Origin: Deferrisomatales bacterium
GTDB lineage: Bacteria; Desulfobacterota; Deferrisomatia; Deferrisomatales; JACRMM01
Length of the DNA: 38,318 nt
Direction of reading: 5' to 3'
Assembly (NCBI GenBank): GCA_033551855.1
Contig: JAWSUI010000035.1
Location: forward strand, 1 to 38,318
Below are positions 1-9,382 of this stretch, one piece after another (the first letter of the stretch is position 1; the number at the start of each line of letters is the position of its first letter). The notes under the pieces were generated by a model. It had not been told where the DNA came from. It saw only the letters and a list, made by a program, of their open reading frames with translations, and did no database searches. The translations under genes were made by a program, and so were the position numbers.

Positions 1-66
1 TGGATGCGGTGCGGGGCTGCACTCCTGGGCTCCCGGACTCCGCCCCACAGTCTGGTGGTGAATTCC
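1..66. repeat. Partial copy D of the dispersed intergenic repeat, cut by the window edge
   Basis: 1-25 TGGATGCGGTGCGGGGCTGCACTCC is the reverse complement (1 mismatch) of 6405-6429. 27-66 GGGCTCCCGGACTCCGC...GGTGAATTCC matches the right-hand module of the other copies. Confidence 0.8.
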
Positions 67-128
67 GGTCGCCCCGGATCCGCCGGCCGGCACGCGCTCG
101 GGGTCGGGCAGCCCTCTTCCCTGGGGCC

Positions 129-2525
129 TCAGAGGAGGCTCACGGGATCCACGTCCACGTGGACCCGCACGGAACGGGAGGGCACGAGGGCACCCTCTTC
201 CAGCAGGCGGCGGAGGAACCTCTGCAGAGGGCCTGCCTCCGGGCCCGGCGCCCTTAGCAATATCTGGAAGCGCCACCGGCCCCGCAACCGCTCCAGCGGC
301 GCAGGCGCCGGCCCCATCACGTCGATCCCGAGGCCCCGCCCGGCGATGCTCCGGGCCCGGTCCGCCGCCGTCCCCGCGGCTTCCCGCGCCGCAACGGGGT
401 CAGGCCCCGAGACCCGCACCAAGGCCAGACGGCGGAACGGCGGAAACCCGGCGTCCTGCCGAAGGCGCAGCTCCTGCCGCGCGAAGGCCTCGTAGTCGCC
501 GGACGCCGCCGCGGTCAGGACCTCGTGGTGGGGATTGCGGCTCTGGAAGAAGACCCGCCCGGCCAGGGCCTCGCGCCCCGCCCGGCCCGCCACCTGCATG
601 AGAGTCTGGAAGGTCCTCTCCCCGGCCCGAAAATCCGGGAAGTGCAGGGAGAGGTCCGCGTCCACGACCCCGACCACCGTGAGACGGGGAAAGTGGTGCC
701 CCTTGGTCACCATCTGGGTGCCCACCAGGACGTCGGCTTCTCCCCGGGAAAAGGCCCCGAGGACTCCGGCGGTGCCCGCACCCTTTCGGGCCGCGTCCCG
801 ATCCAGCCGTACCACCCGGGCACCGGGCCAGGCCCGCTGGGCCTCCTCCACGAGGCGCTGGGTGCCCGCCCCGGCCGCCGCGAGCTCGCCGTTGCCGCAA
901 TGGGGGCACCGCGGAGGCACGGGCCGCCGGCTGCCGCAGTAATGACACAGGAGCGCCGCCACCGGCGGAGCCCGGTGCAGGGTAAGGGCGATGGAGCAAC
1001 TCCGGCACGACACGGCCTCGCCGCACGTGCCGCACACCAGGGCCGGGCTGAAGCCGCGGCGGTTCAGGAAGAGCAGGGCCTGTTCCCCTCGGGCGATCCC
1101 CTCGGCCACGGCCCGCCGCAGGGGTTCGGACAGGAGCACGCGGGTGCGGCGCCGGCGTTCCTCCTGCCGCAGGTCGACCAGGTTGACCTCCAGGGGGGCC
1201 GAGGCCAGCACACGATGGGGGAGGACCATCCGCCCGTAGCGCCCCTCGCAGGCGGCGTGAAAGGTTTCCACGTCGGGCGTCGCCGAACCCAGCAGGACCA
1301 CCGCCCCGCACGCCCGCGCCCGCACCAGGGCGGCGTGTTTGGCGTGGTAGCGCAGGCCCTCTTCCTGCTTGTAGGAAGGCTCGTGCTCCTCGTCCACCAC
1401 CAGGAGCCCGAGACGGCGAACGGGCGCGAACACTGCCGAGCGGGCACCCAGCGCCACGCGGGCATCCCCCCGGCGCAGCGCCTCCCACTGCAGACGCCGC
1501 TCCCTCTCGCCGAGCCCGCTGTGGAGCAGGGCCACCGCGTCCCCGAAGGCCGTGCAGAACCGCCCCAGAAGCTGGGGGGTGAGGGAAATTTCCGGGACCA
1601 GGACGATCGCGCCGCGTCCCCTCTCCAGAGCCCCTTCCACCGCCCGAAGGTACACTTCGGTCTTCCCGCTCCCGGTCACCCCCTGGAGGAGGAGGGGGGT
1701 GAACGCCCCCGCCTCGAGCCCCTGTCGTACCTGCTCCAGGGCGCCGCCCTGCTCCGGGGTGAGCCGGGCCGCGGGGGCCGGAAAAGGGATCCCGAACCGG
1801 GATGGATCCGCCGCCGGGGCCCGGTTCTGCGCCCGGGAGACCCAGCCCTTGGCCAGGGCCCGGTTGAGGGCATCCCGGGTCACTCCCCGGGCACGCAGCA
1901 CGGCCCCCGGCAGGGGACCCGCCCGGAGGGCCTCGAGGGCCTCCGCCTGGCGGGGGGAACGGGTGGCCACCGCAGCCGGCGCCGGAGCCTGGGGGGCGAG
2001 GGAGAACCATTCCTCCCGCGGAGGGGGCGAGGGGGCCCGAATCCTCCACTGCCTCTCCACGACCCCCCCCTCCAGCAGCACCCGCAGGTCACCCCGGTCT
2101 CCGGTACGGATCTCGGCGGCTCGCAACTCCCCCCGGGCGAGCACGCGCTCCAGGAGCCGCCCGGCCGCCCTGCCCAGCTCCGGCGGCGGCTGTGCCCCGG
2201 ACCTCGCCCTGTACACGGGCTCCGCATCGGCGCGGGCGGCGGGGGGCACCAGGGCCGCGAGGCACTCCCCGGGGGGATGGTGATAGTAAGAGGCGAGCCA
2301 GGCTCCCAGCTCGAGCAGGTCGGTGGGCAGACAGGGTTCCGGGTCGAGGACCTCGAAGAGGTCCTTCAGAGGGCACTCGGGCTCGTCTTCCAGCGCCAGC
2401 ACGAACCCGACGGCGGCGGCCCGACCGAAGGGCACCGAGCACCGGACACCCGGCGCGACCACGTCGCGCAGGCTGTCCGGGATGCGGTAGTGAAAGGTCT
2501 GCCGAACCGGGCGGATCACGGCCAC
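129..2525 (-). CDS. priA: Primosomal protein N' (replication restart helicase)
   Basis: Walker A GVTGSGKTEVY, DEEHE, Cys-rich Zn region (CGTC, CRSC, CHYC, CPHC), GTQMVTKG, QVAGRAGR, C-terminal VDVDP. Confidence 0.97.
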   Translation of the reverse strand: MAVIRPVRQTFHYRIPDSLRDVVAPGVRCSVPFGRAAAVGFVLALEDEPECPLKDLFEVLDPEPCLPTDLLELGAWLASYYHHPPGECLAALVPPAARADAEPVYRARSGAQPPPELGRAAGRLLERVLARGELRAAEIRTGDRGDLRVLLEGGVVERQWRIRAPSPPPREEWFSLAPQAPAPAAVATRSPRQAEALEALRAGPLPGAVLRARGVTRDALNRALAKGWVSRAQNRAPAADPSRFGIPFPAPAARLTPEQGGALEQVRQGLEAGAFTPLLLQGVTGSGKTEVYLRAVEGALERGRGAIVLVPEISLTPQLLGRFCTAFGDAVALLHSGLGERERRLQWEALRRGDARVALGARSAVFAPVRRLGLLVVDEEHEPSYKQEEGLRYHAKHAALVRARACGAVVLLGSATPDVETFHAACEGRYGRMVLPHRVLASAPLEVNLVDLRQEERRRRTRVLLSEPLRRAVAEGIARGEQALLFLNRRGFSPALVCGTCGEAVSCRSCSIALTLHRAPPVAALLCHYCGSRRPVPPRCPHCGNGELAAAGAGTQRLVEEAQRAWPGARVVRLDRDAARKGAGTAGVLGAFSRGEADVLVGTQMVTKGHHFPRLTVVGVVDADLSLHFPDFRAGERTFQTLMQVAGRAGREALAGRVFFQSRNPHHEVLTAAASGDYEAFARQELRLRQDAGFPPFRRLALVRVSGPDPVAAREAAGTAADRARSIAGRGLGIDVMGPAPAPLERLRGRWRFQILLRAPGPEAGPLQRFLRRLLEEGALVPSRSVRVHVDVDPVSLL

Positions 2526-2539
2526 CCGGGCGCAGGCCT

Positions 2540-3286
2540 TCAGGGTCGCGGGGGCCAGAGGGGGATCCCCTTGCGAATGTCCGTCCTGTCAGCGGGGACC
2601 GAACCATCCGCGCCCGGGGGGGCACCCGGCCATACCGCCCAAGGGGGCGGGGACGTCGAAGCGCGGGGAGGACCGAGAACCCGAAGGGTCCCCTCGTCAC
2701 CGAGAGCAAACCACGTGGGCCAGCCCCCGGGGCCGGGCTCCCCTACGTGCAGCTCGCTGTGCCCGGGAAGCCGCACGGTCAGGGCGCGAAGGGGAGCCCG
2801 GGCGAAATGGACCTGTGGGGCGGTCGGCTCCGTCTCCCCCCGGGCTCCCAGGGTGAAGGCCACTCCGTCGTCGGAGCGCGAGCTCCGCGCATAGCCGGAA
2901 CGCCCCAGGTCCACCCCGGCCGCCTCGAGGACGTCGGACAGGTCCGCGGCGGAGGCTGTCGCGAAGAGGTCCAGAGCTCGCCAGAGAGGTGCGAGGGGGC
3001 TGGAGACGCCCGGTCCGGGATCGTGCCGGGGCGGCTCCCCGTCGAGGGCGAGGGCGTGCCCGCCCGGGCCACCCGCGTAGAGGACTCCGTGCCTCTCCCC
3101 CCACGCCACGGGAAGCAGGACGGGGCCCGGGACTCGGCCGCGGGCCCCCACCCATTGCGCGAGCACCCGATCCGAGGGGACCACGTAGGCGGCGGCCGGA
3201 AGAGTGGCCCCCAGCCCGGCGGCGAGCAGGGCCAGGATGGAGGCCAGGGCCCGAAGACGGGCGCGCTCTGTGGGCGGGGGCTTCAC
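2540..3286 (-). CDS. Hypothetical exported protein (start uncertain)
   Basis: Fills the gap between dksA and priA on the same strand; signal-peptide-like LRALASILALLAAGLGATLPAAA; no family recognised. Confidence 0.65.
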   Translation of the reverse strand: MKPPPTERARLRALASILALLAAGLGATLPAAAYVVPSDRVLAQWVGARGRVPGPVLLPVAWGERHGVLYAGGPGGHALALDGEPPRHDPGPGVSSPLAPLWRALDLFATASAADLSDVLEAAGVDLGRSGYARSSRSDDGVAFTLGARGETEPTAPQVHFARAPLRALTVRLPGHSELHVGEPGPGGWPTWFALGDEGTLRVLGPPRASTSPPPWAVWPGAPPGADGSVPADRTDIRKGIPLWPPRP

Positions 3287-3361
3287 GTAGGACTCACCTG
3301 GGGGGAGGGTCGCCGGTGGGGCCGCGTCGTTTCCTCCGCACCGCGGCATCCAACGGAGGGG

Positions 3362-3721
3362 TCAGGAGCCCGTTTTCTCGCGAAGCTCGGCCTCGGACTT
3401 GCAGTCGATGCACAGGGTGGTCACGGGCCGGGCTTCCAGGCGCTTCTCGCCGATCTCTTCTCCGCAGCTCTCGCAGATGCCGTACGAACCCTCCTCCAGC
3501 CGCTGCATCGCCTCCTGGATCTTCTGGATGAGCTTGCGCTCCCGGTCCCGGATCCGCAGCAAGAAGTTCAGGTCGGACTCGGCGGAGGCCCGATCGGTCG
3601 GGTCGGCGTAGGTCTCCTCCCCCTCGCTCAGGTTGCTCATCGTACTGTGGGCTTCCCCCACGAGCTCGTCGAGCCGGGACTGGAGCAGCGCCCGGAAGAA
3701 TTCGATGCGTTCAGGATCCAT
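3362..3721 (-). CDS. dksA: RNA polymerase-binding protein DksA
   Basis: DPTDRAS coiled-coil tip, RDRERKLI, zinc finger CESC...RLEARP...CIDC; ATG at 3721. Confidence 0.95.
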   Translation of the reverse strand: MDPERIEFFRALLQSRLDELVGEAHSTMSNLSEGEETYADPTDRASAESDLNFLLRIRDRERKLIQKIQEAMQRLEEGSYGICESCGEEIGEKRLEARPVTTLCIDCKSEAELREKTGS

Positions 3722-3860
3722 GGTCCGTCCTCGCTGGCTCGGTTCCCCCCCCAGGGAAGGGAACACGCTGGGCTGACCCGCGCAGTTGTGCTACCCTCTA
3801 TCGGCGCAAGGGGGGTGGATTATAACCGAACCACAGCGAGGCAGGAACCCCTTTTACCCC

Positions 3861-4697
3861 ATGAGACGCTTCGCGCTCCTCTCCGCCCTGCTTCTCGCGT
3901 GGCCCGCAGCCGGCGCCCTCGCCGCTGCCCCGCGCCCCGAGCTCCTGGATGCCCGTTCCCTGGCGATGGGGGGGGCCCTGCGCTCCCTGGCGGGCCCGGT
4001 CGAGGCTGCCCGCGTGAACCCGGCGGCCCTCGGACCGGTTCGGGGCTTCTTCGCCGGCACGTCGTACGCCACCGGCCGCCGGCACCCCGTGGACGCGTTC
4101 TCCTTGACCCTGGTGGACAACGTCACCTCCCCCATGGGAGGCGCCCTCCAGTACCTCCGGGTCAACGGGCCCGAGGAACGCGAGGACGTGAGCCTGAGCC
4201 TAGCCGCCGGAAAAACGGGGCTGTGGTGGGGTTTCACGGTCCGCTACGTCCACGGCCGGGAAGACGACACGACCCGGTGGAAGGACGTGTTCACCGGGGA
4301 CCTGGGGTTCCTCTTCGAACGGCCCGGGGGCCTGCGCATCGCGGCGGTGGGCCAGGACCTGCTGGATACCTCTCTGGGTTACCTGGAGCGGCGCATCGCT
4401 CTCGGCGTGTCCAAGGACGTACGGTGGGGGTGGACCCTCGCCGCCGACGTCGTCCGAACGCTGGACCGGGACGTCTCCCGGGGCACGGATCTGCACCTGG
4501 GGGCCGAGCACGCCGTAGGCGACACGCCCTGGCGCTTCCGGCTGGGACAGTTGTGGAGGGGGGACACGGGCAAGGACTACGGGTCGGTTGGGGTCGGCTG
4601 GAGCTGGCGCACGTTGACCGTGGGGTACGGCGTCCAACGGGCGCGGCAGAGCTCCGACGAGATCCTCCACGCCGTGAGCGCAGAAGGGGTGTTCTAG
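3861..4697 (+). CDS. Putative outer-membrane beta-barrel protein (FadL/PorV-like N-terminus)
   Basis: Signal peptide; ARSLAMGGA...NPAAL motif; alternating beta-strand pattern; C-terminal Phe. Confidence 0.7.
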   Translation: MRRFALLSALLLAWPAAGALAAAPRPELLDARSLAMGGALRSLAGPVEAARVNPAALGPVRGFFAGTSYATGRRHPVDAFSLTLVDNVTSPMGGALQYLRVNGPEEREDVSLSLAAGKTGLWWGFTVRYVHGREDDTTRWKDVFTGDLGFLFERPGGLRIAAVGQDLLDTSLGYLERRIALGVSKDVRWGWTLAADVVRTLDRDVSRGTDLHLGAEHAVGDTPWRFRLGQLWRGDTGKDYGSVGVGWSWRTLTVGYGVQRARQSSDEILHAVSAEGVF

Positions 4698-4741
4698 GGG
4701 CCCGTGCCTTCGCGGCGTGCCGGGGCTCCCCGACCGCCGAG

Positions 4742-5230
4742 CTATCCGCCCGGCCTCTCGTAGCTTCCGCTCTTGCCGCCCTCCTTGCGCAGCAGGCGCA
4801 GGTTGCCGATCACCATCTCCCGGTCCACGGCCTTGCACATGTCGTACACGGTGAGTGCCGCGACGCTCACCCCCGTCAGGGCCTCCATCTCGACCCCCGT
4901 CCTCCCCGTGACCCGGGCCTCGCAGCGGATGTCCACCCGGTTGTCGGCCGGGTCCAGGGCAAACTCCACCGTCACCGCCGAGAGGGGCAGGGGGTGGCAC
5001 AGAGGGATCAGGTCGGGGGTTCGCTTGGCGGCCATGATCCCGGCCAGCCGTGCCACCTGGAGCACATCCCCCTTCTCCAGGGTCCGGTCCGTGAGCCTCC
5101 GAAAGGTGTCGGGCCCCATCCACACGCTGCCCGCCGCCTCGGCTCGGCGCTCCGTGGGCTCCTTGCCGCCCACGTCCACCATCCGGGCGGCCCCGCGCCG
5201 GTCGAAGTGGCTCAGGCCGCCGGAGCTCAC
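4742..5230 (-). CDS. moaC: Cyclic pyranopterin monophosphate synthase MoaC
   Basis: LSHFD...[42 protein letters not shown]. Confidence 0.96.
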   Translation of the reverse strand: MSSGGLSHFDRRGAARMVDVGGKEPTERRAEAAGSVWMGPDTFRRLTDRTLEKGDVLQVARLAGIMAAKRTPDLIPLCHPLPLSAVTVEFALDPADNRVDIRCEARVTGRTGVEMEALTGVSVAALTVYDMCKAVDREMVIGNLRLLRKEGGKSGSYERPGG

Positions 5231-5330
5231 GGCGTGCGCCCCGGCCGGCGCCCAGCCTCTCCGGAAGGGCCACCCGCCGACGGGCCTGAGCCCGCGGCCG
5301 GGTTGGAAAGAGACCTCCTGCGCCTCGTCA

Positions 5331-6224
5331 TCACCTGCCCTCCGCGCCAACGAGCCCCTCCCCGGAACCCCCGCCCAAACGGGGATTTCGGGCCGAGGCG
5401 AGCACCCACACCTGTTCCAGACAACGGCCCTCGGCCGCGGCCTCCTCGGCCAACTCCTGCACCACCCTGCGACGCTCAAGAAACGGAAGGCCTGGCAGCA
5501 GGCCGGCGCTCATCGGTTCGAGGCCGTAGAAGGCCAGGAACTGCTCGGGGGTGAGCCCCACGCTCCAACGCCTGATCTGGACCCCCTCGAAACCCTGGCC
5601 CAGGGCCTGGGCGACGGCGCCCCACGGAGACAGGGCGTGGCGGCCGGCCGGGTAGCCCCTGGCGAGCAGCTCCCCGGGAACGGACCGTCCGGTGTCCCAG
5701 TACACCCCCTCCAGGTTGGAAAGGTACACCCGGCCTCCGGGGACCAGGACACCCCGCGCCGAAGCCAGGGAGGCCCCGGCGTCCGGCAGGAGGAAGAGCA
5801 CGGCATTGTACACGACGGCGTCGAAGGCGACCCGGAACGCCGAAGCGAGCTCGCACCCGTCGAGCACGGCGAGTTGTGCCCCGGGGCCCAGACGCGCCCT
5901 CGCCTGGCGGAGCATGGGCAGGGAGAGGTCGACCCCACACACCCGCCCCGCAGGCCCCACCCTCTCCTGCAGGGATTCGAGGGACGCGCCCGTGCCGCAA
6001 CCCACGTCCAAGACCCTTGCCCCCTCGAGGCTGGGCCCCCCCGCCAGGAGCTCATCGAGCAGCCGGCGAAAGAAGAACGAAGAGTCCTCGAACCGAGCGT
6101 ACTCCCCCGCGCCCCGGTCGAAGTTCTCCCGCACGCGGTCCCGAAGCCGGCGCGCACGCTCGGCCTGGTCCCTCGCCGGTACCCCGCCTGGCGCGGCGCC
6201 CCGCACGACGTGCTCTGCCCCCAC
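5331..6224 (-). CDS. Class I SAM-dependent methyltransferase (UbiE/BioC-like fold)
   Basis: VLDVGCGTG motif I, GVDLS..ML, FDAV, LVPGG; GGAGGAGG upstream of GTG at 6224. Confidence 0.85.
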   Translation of the reverse strand: MGAEHVVRGAAPGGVPARDQAERARRLRDRVRENFDRGAGEYARFEDSSFFFRRLLDELLAGGPSLEGARVLDVGCGTGASLESLQERVGPAGRVCGVDLSLPMLRQARARLGPGAQLAVLDGCELASAFRVAFDAVVYNAVLFLLPDAGASLASARGVLVPGGRVYLSNLEGVYWDTGRSVPGELLARGYPAGRHALSPWGAVAQALGQGFEGVQIRRWSVGLTPEQFLAFYGLEPMSAGLLPGLPFLERRRVVQELAEEAAAEGRCLEQVWVLASARNPRLGGGSGEGLVGAEGR

Positions 6225-6403
6225 GACGAGCCCTCCTCCGGGAGCGGGTTCGAAGCCCCGGGCGGCACACGATGCCGGCGCAGCGCCGGAGAGGCCCCGA
6301 ACCCGGGAGGCGCATTGTAGCAGCAACCCGCGCTCCGCCCAACCGCGCCTGCGGCTCTTCCAACCCCCTTCCCCGCCCCCGGCCGGGCGGGGAAGGGGAG
6401 CCG

Positions 6404-6566
6404 TGGAGCGCAGCCCCGCACCGCATCCACCGACTCGACGAGGCCGGCGCAAGCGGGTGAAGCCCGGCGCACCGGGGACTGCCGGGACACCGCTTCGAAT
6501 TGCCGCGGACTGCGGGGCGAAGCGCAGGGGCTCCCGGAGCCCGCGTGCCAACCAGCCGGTGGATTC
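6404..6566 (+). repeat. Dispersed intergenic repeat, copy A
   Basis: 6404-6544 aligns without gaps to 20815-20955 (about 11 substitutions in 141 nt); ends GGTGGATTC. Confidence 0.93.
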
Positions 6567-6582
6567 TGGGCCGGCGACCGGC

Positions 6583-6611
6583 TTGACCTGCCAGGTCCCG
6601 GTTGGTACAAG
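6583..6611 (+). promoter_or_regulatory. Sigma70-type promoter
   Basis: TTGACC-17 nt-TACAAG. Confidence 0.6.
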
Positions 6612-6617
6612 GGCCCA

Positions 6618-6862
6618 CCCGCCCGCGGCTGACGCCGCCGGGCCCGACCGGCACCCCGGGCTCGGGCTGGGCTCTTTTCGGGATCATCCGGGAACTGACC
6701 GGGTACTCGTGTCCGGGGACGATCGGGTGGACCCGACCACGTACGCGGACTGCCGCTCGCCCTGGGCAGCCGCTTCGGGAGTCGCGATGTCGCGAGGATT
6801 CCGGACGCGGCGGGGGAGAACACCTACCGTGCAGTCCGGCCTCGTCTGCCGGAGTGGGCGGG
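6618..6862 (+). ncRNA. Candidate structured RNA or long 5' leader of the menK-like gene (family unknown)
   Basis: Begins at the predicted +1. Ends pair (CCCGCCC/GGGCGGG, CGGC/GCCG, GACG/CGTC); internal helix CGGACTGC/GCAGTCCG and several hairpins. Confidence 0.35.
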
Positions 6863-6913
6863 CCCACCCGGTCGTTTACCGGAAGAACCTCTTTTCGGAG
6901 GTCATCGTCCCCC

Positions 6914-8257
6914 GTGCTGGCCGAACGCATCCTCACCCCCTTCCTGCGGTGGTCCAACCGCAGGATTCTGTCCCTGGACGTCGGGCGCGGCGTCACCCTG
7001 CCGCCGCCGTCCCCGGACAGGGCCTACCTGCTGTACCTCCACGTGCCCTTCTGCCAGCGACTGTGCCCCTACTGCTCGTTCAACCGATACCCCTTTTCCG
7101 AGGACCCGGCGCGGAGCTATTTCCGGCACCTTCGGGAGGAGATGCGGCTGGTGGCGGGCCTGGGGTACGATTTCTCCTCGGTGTACGTCGGCGGCGGGAC
7201 GCCGACGATCCTCGTCGATGAGCTCTGCTCCACCCTGGACCTCGCCCGCGAGCTCTATGCCGTGCGAGAGGTGTCCTGCGAGACCAACCCCAACCATCTG
7301 ATCCCCGAGGTGGTGGACGCCCTCTGCGAGAGGGTCCAGCGGCTCTCGGTGGGCGTGCAGAGCTTCGACGACGGCCTGCTCCGGCAGATGGACCGGTACG
7401 ACAAGTACGGGAGCGGCGAGCAGATCCTGGACCGGCTCCAGCGCAACGCGGGCCGGTTCCACTCCCTCAACGTGGACATGATCTTCAACTTCCCCAGCCA
7501 GACGCAGGACTCGCTCCTCCGGGACGTGGAGTGCCTGAAGCGATCGGGTGCCAACCAGACCACCTTCTACCCCCTCATGACCTCACCGGCCGTGCGCCGC
7601 TCCCTGGCCCGGACCGTGGGCCGGGTGGATTACGGCCGAGAGCACCGGTACTACCGCCTCCTGTCCGACGCGCTGGAAGGCTTTTTCGAGCCGGCCACGG
7701 CCTGGACCTTTTCCCGCAAGGCCGGCCAGATGATCGACGAGTACATCGTGGATTACGAGGAATACGTGGGCGTCGGAAGCGGCTCCTTCAGCTACCTGGG
7801 CGGAGCGCTCTACGCCAACACCTTTTCCCTGCAGGAGTACGAGGAGGCCGTGGGCGCGGGCCGGGTCTCGGCGGCCGGAGCCCGGGTCTTCCCCCGACGG
7901 GAGCAGATGCGTTACCGGCTGATGATGGGGTTGTTCGGGCTTCGGCTGGACAAACAATCCTTCCGCGAGAGCTTTGGCGTCTCGTTGGAGAGGGGCCTGC
8001 CCCTGGAGCTCCTTTTCCTCAAGGCAGCCGGCGCCCTCGGCCGGGAGGACGGCGAAGCTCTCACCCTGACGCCGCGGGGCCGTTACCTCCTGGTGGCCAT
8101 GATGCGCGAGTTCTTCGCCGGGGTGAACAACTTCCGGGATCAGGCCAGGGCATCACTGACGCCGGAGGAACGTGCCCTCCTGTTCGGGGACGGGCCGGCC
8201 TGCCCCGGACCCCGGGAGGCGGCCCTCCTCGGGCCTTCCCCGGGGGAAGGGAGGTAG
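6914..8257 (+). CDS. menK: HemN-like class C radical SAM enzyme, probable menaquinone methyltransferase (MenK/MqnK type)
   Basis: YLHVPFCQRLCPYCSF (CxxxCxxC), YVGGGTPT, QTTFYPLM and C-terminal MMREFF; N-terminus MLAERIL; GGAGG upstream of GTG at 6914. Confidence 0.75.
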   Translation: MLAERILTPFLRWSNRRILSLDVGRGVTLPPPSPDRAYLLYLHVPFCQRLCPYCSFNRYPFSEDPARSYFRHLREEMRLVAGLGYDFSSVYVGGGTPTILVDELCSTLDLARELYAVREVSCETNPNHLIPEVVDALCERVQRLSVGVQSFDDGLLRQMDRYDKYGSGEQILDRLQRNAGRFHSLNVDMIFNFPSQTQDSLLRDVECLKRSGANQTTFYPLMTSPAVRRSLARTVGRVDYGREHRYYRLLSDALEGFFEPATAWTFSRKAGQMIDEYIVDYEEYVGVGSGSFSYLGGALYANTFSLQEYEEAVGAGRVSAAGARVFPRREQMRYRLMMGLFGLRLDKQSFRESFGVSLERGLPLELLFLKAAGALGREDGEALTLTPRGRYLLVAMMREFFAGVNNFRDQARASLTPEERALLFGDGPACPGPREAALLGPSPGEGR

Positions 8258-8263
8258 TCGTCC

Positions 8264-9028
8264 GTGCTGGCCGCCGCCGTGGAAGCCGCCCGCACCGCCG
8301 GCCGGATCCAGCGGGAGCACCTCCGCACCGCCTTCGAGGTCCGGCGCAAGGGCGCCTTCGACCTGGTGACCGAGGTGGACCTGGCCTGTGAACGGGCGGC
8401 TCGGGAGGTCTTGGCCCGGCTGGTTCCGGGCACGGCGGTCCTGGGGGAGGAGGAAGGGGCCAGCGGGAGCGGCAGCGGCCGGTGGCTCCTGGACCCCCTG
8501 GACGGGACCACCAACTACGCCCACGGCTACCCGGTGTTCTGCGTCTCGATCGCCTGGGAAGAGGGAGGCGACGTGCGGCTCGGGGCGGTCTACGATCCGC
8601 TCCGGGAGGAGCTCTTCACGGCGGAACAGGGACGCGGTGCTCGGCTCGACGGCAGGACGATCCGCACCTCGGGCACGGCCGAGCTCGGGGAAGCGCTCCT
8701 GGCCACGGGATTCCCCTATGACCGGGACGCGCACCCCCGAAACTACTCGGAATTTCGGGAGCTCACCCAGCGCACCCAGGGGGTGCGCCGCAGCGGCTCG
8801 GCGGCTCTCGACCTGGCCTACGTCGCCTGCGGCCGCCTCGACGGCTTCTGGGAGCCGGGGCTGAAGCCCTGGGACTTGGCGGCCGGGGCCCTCCTGGTGC
8901 GGGAGGCCGGTGGGGGGGTCACCGGATACCGCGGGGAGCCCTTCACCCCCTATCGGGAGAACGTGGTCGCGTCCAACGGCACCCTTCACCCGGCCCTGCT
9001 GCAGGTACTGTCGGCGTCCCCCCCCTGA
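8264..9028 (+). CDS. suhB: Inositol monophosphatase family protein
   Basis: DLVTEVD, GEE, WLLDPLDGTTNY, RRSGSAALDL, PWDLAAG. Confidence 0.92.
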   Translation: MLAAAVEAARTAGRIQREHLRTAFEVRRKGAFDLVTEVDLACERAAREVLARLVPGTAVLGEEEGASGSGSGRWLLDPLDGTTNYAHGYPVFCVSIAWEEGGDVRLGAVYDPLREELFTAEQGRGARLDGRTIRTSGTAELGEALLATGFPYDRDAHPRNYSEFRELTQRTQGVRRSGSAALDLAYVACGRLDGFWEPGLKPWDLAAGALLVREAGGGVTGYRGEPFTPYRENVVASNGTLHPALLQVLSASPP

Positions 9029-9046
9029 GGCTCGCCGACCGGCATC

Positions 9047-9382
9047 TCAGCAGAGTCCGGCACGGCCTCCCCCGGCGGGAGGAGGGATGATCTCCTGCCC
9101 CGGTGCGCAGGTGGCCTCGTAGGTCTCCCGGAGCTCCCGAACGACCTCCGGGCTGATCCCCCGCATCCGTCCGCCCTCGAACACCAGCCAGCTCACGAGG
9201 GCGCGGGTCGGCAGGCCGAGGGTGGAGCGCTCCACCTGCTCCAGGACCTCCGCCGCCGGAAACCCGAGCAGGACCTCCACCCCCGCCCGCACCGTCTCGA
9301 GCTTGAGGTTGACGTCCCCCCCCGGCTGGCCCATCGCCGCGATGGCCTGCGCCAGGTTCTCCCACGCCGTCTCCACGTCCAC
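9047..9382 (-). CDS. Hypothetical protein (111 aa)
   Basis: GAAGGAGG upstream of GTG at 9382; helical-looking sequence; converges on suhB without overlap. Confidence 0.7.
   Translation of the reverse strand: MDVETAWENLAQAIAAMGQPGGDVNLKLETVRAGVEVLLGFPAAEVLEQVERSTLGLPTRALVSWLVFEGGRMRGISPEVVRELRETYEATCAPGQEIIPPPAGGGRAGLC

Noticed and set aside
5231..5330. Moco riboswitch upstream of moaC
   Set aside because: No recognisable Moco RNA motif in this 100 nt gap.
2192..5554. 1120-aa ORF, and similar long ORFs at 525-2894, 17707-20871, 22813-25065 and 26567-28804
   Set aside because: Low-complexity or antisense frames overlapping well-supported genes; stops are scarce at high GC.
6404..6566. Repeat family as a CRISPR array or a small protein family
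   Set aside because: Copies are kilobases apart with no repeat-spacer pattern and no cas genes; ORFs across them share no start or stop.
6618..6862. Assignment to SRP RNA, RNase P RNA, tmRNA or a known riboswitch
   Set aside because: Signature sequences not found on either strand; kept only as an unknown candidate.
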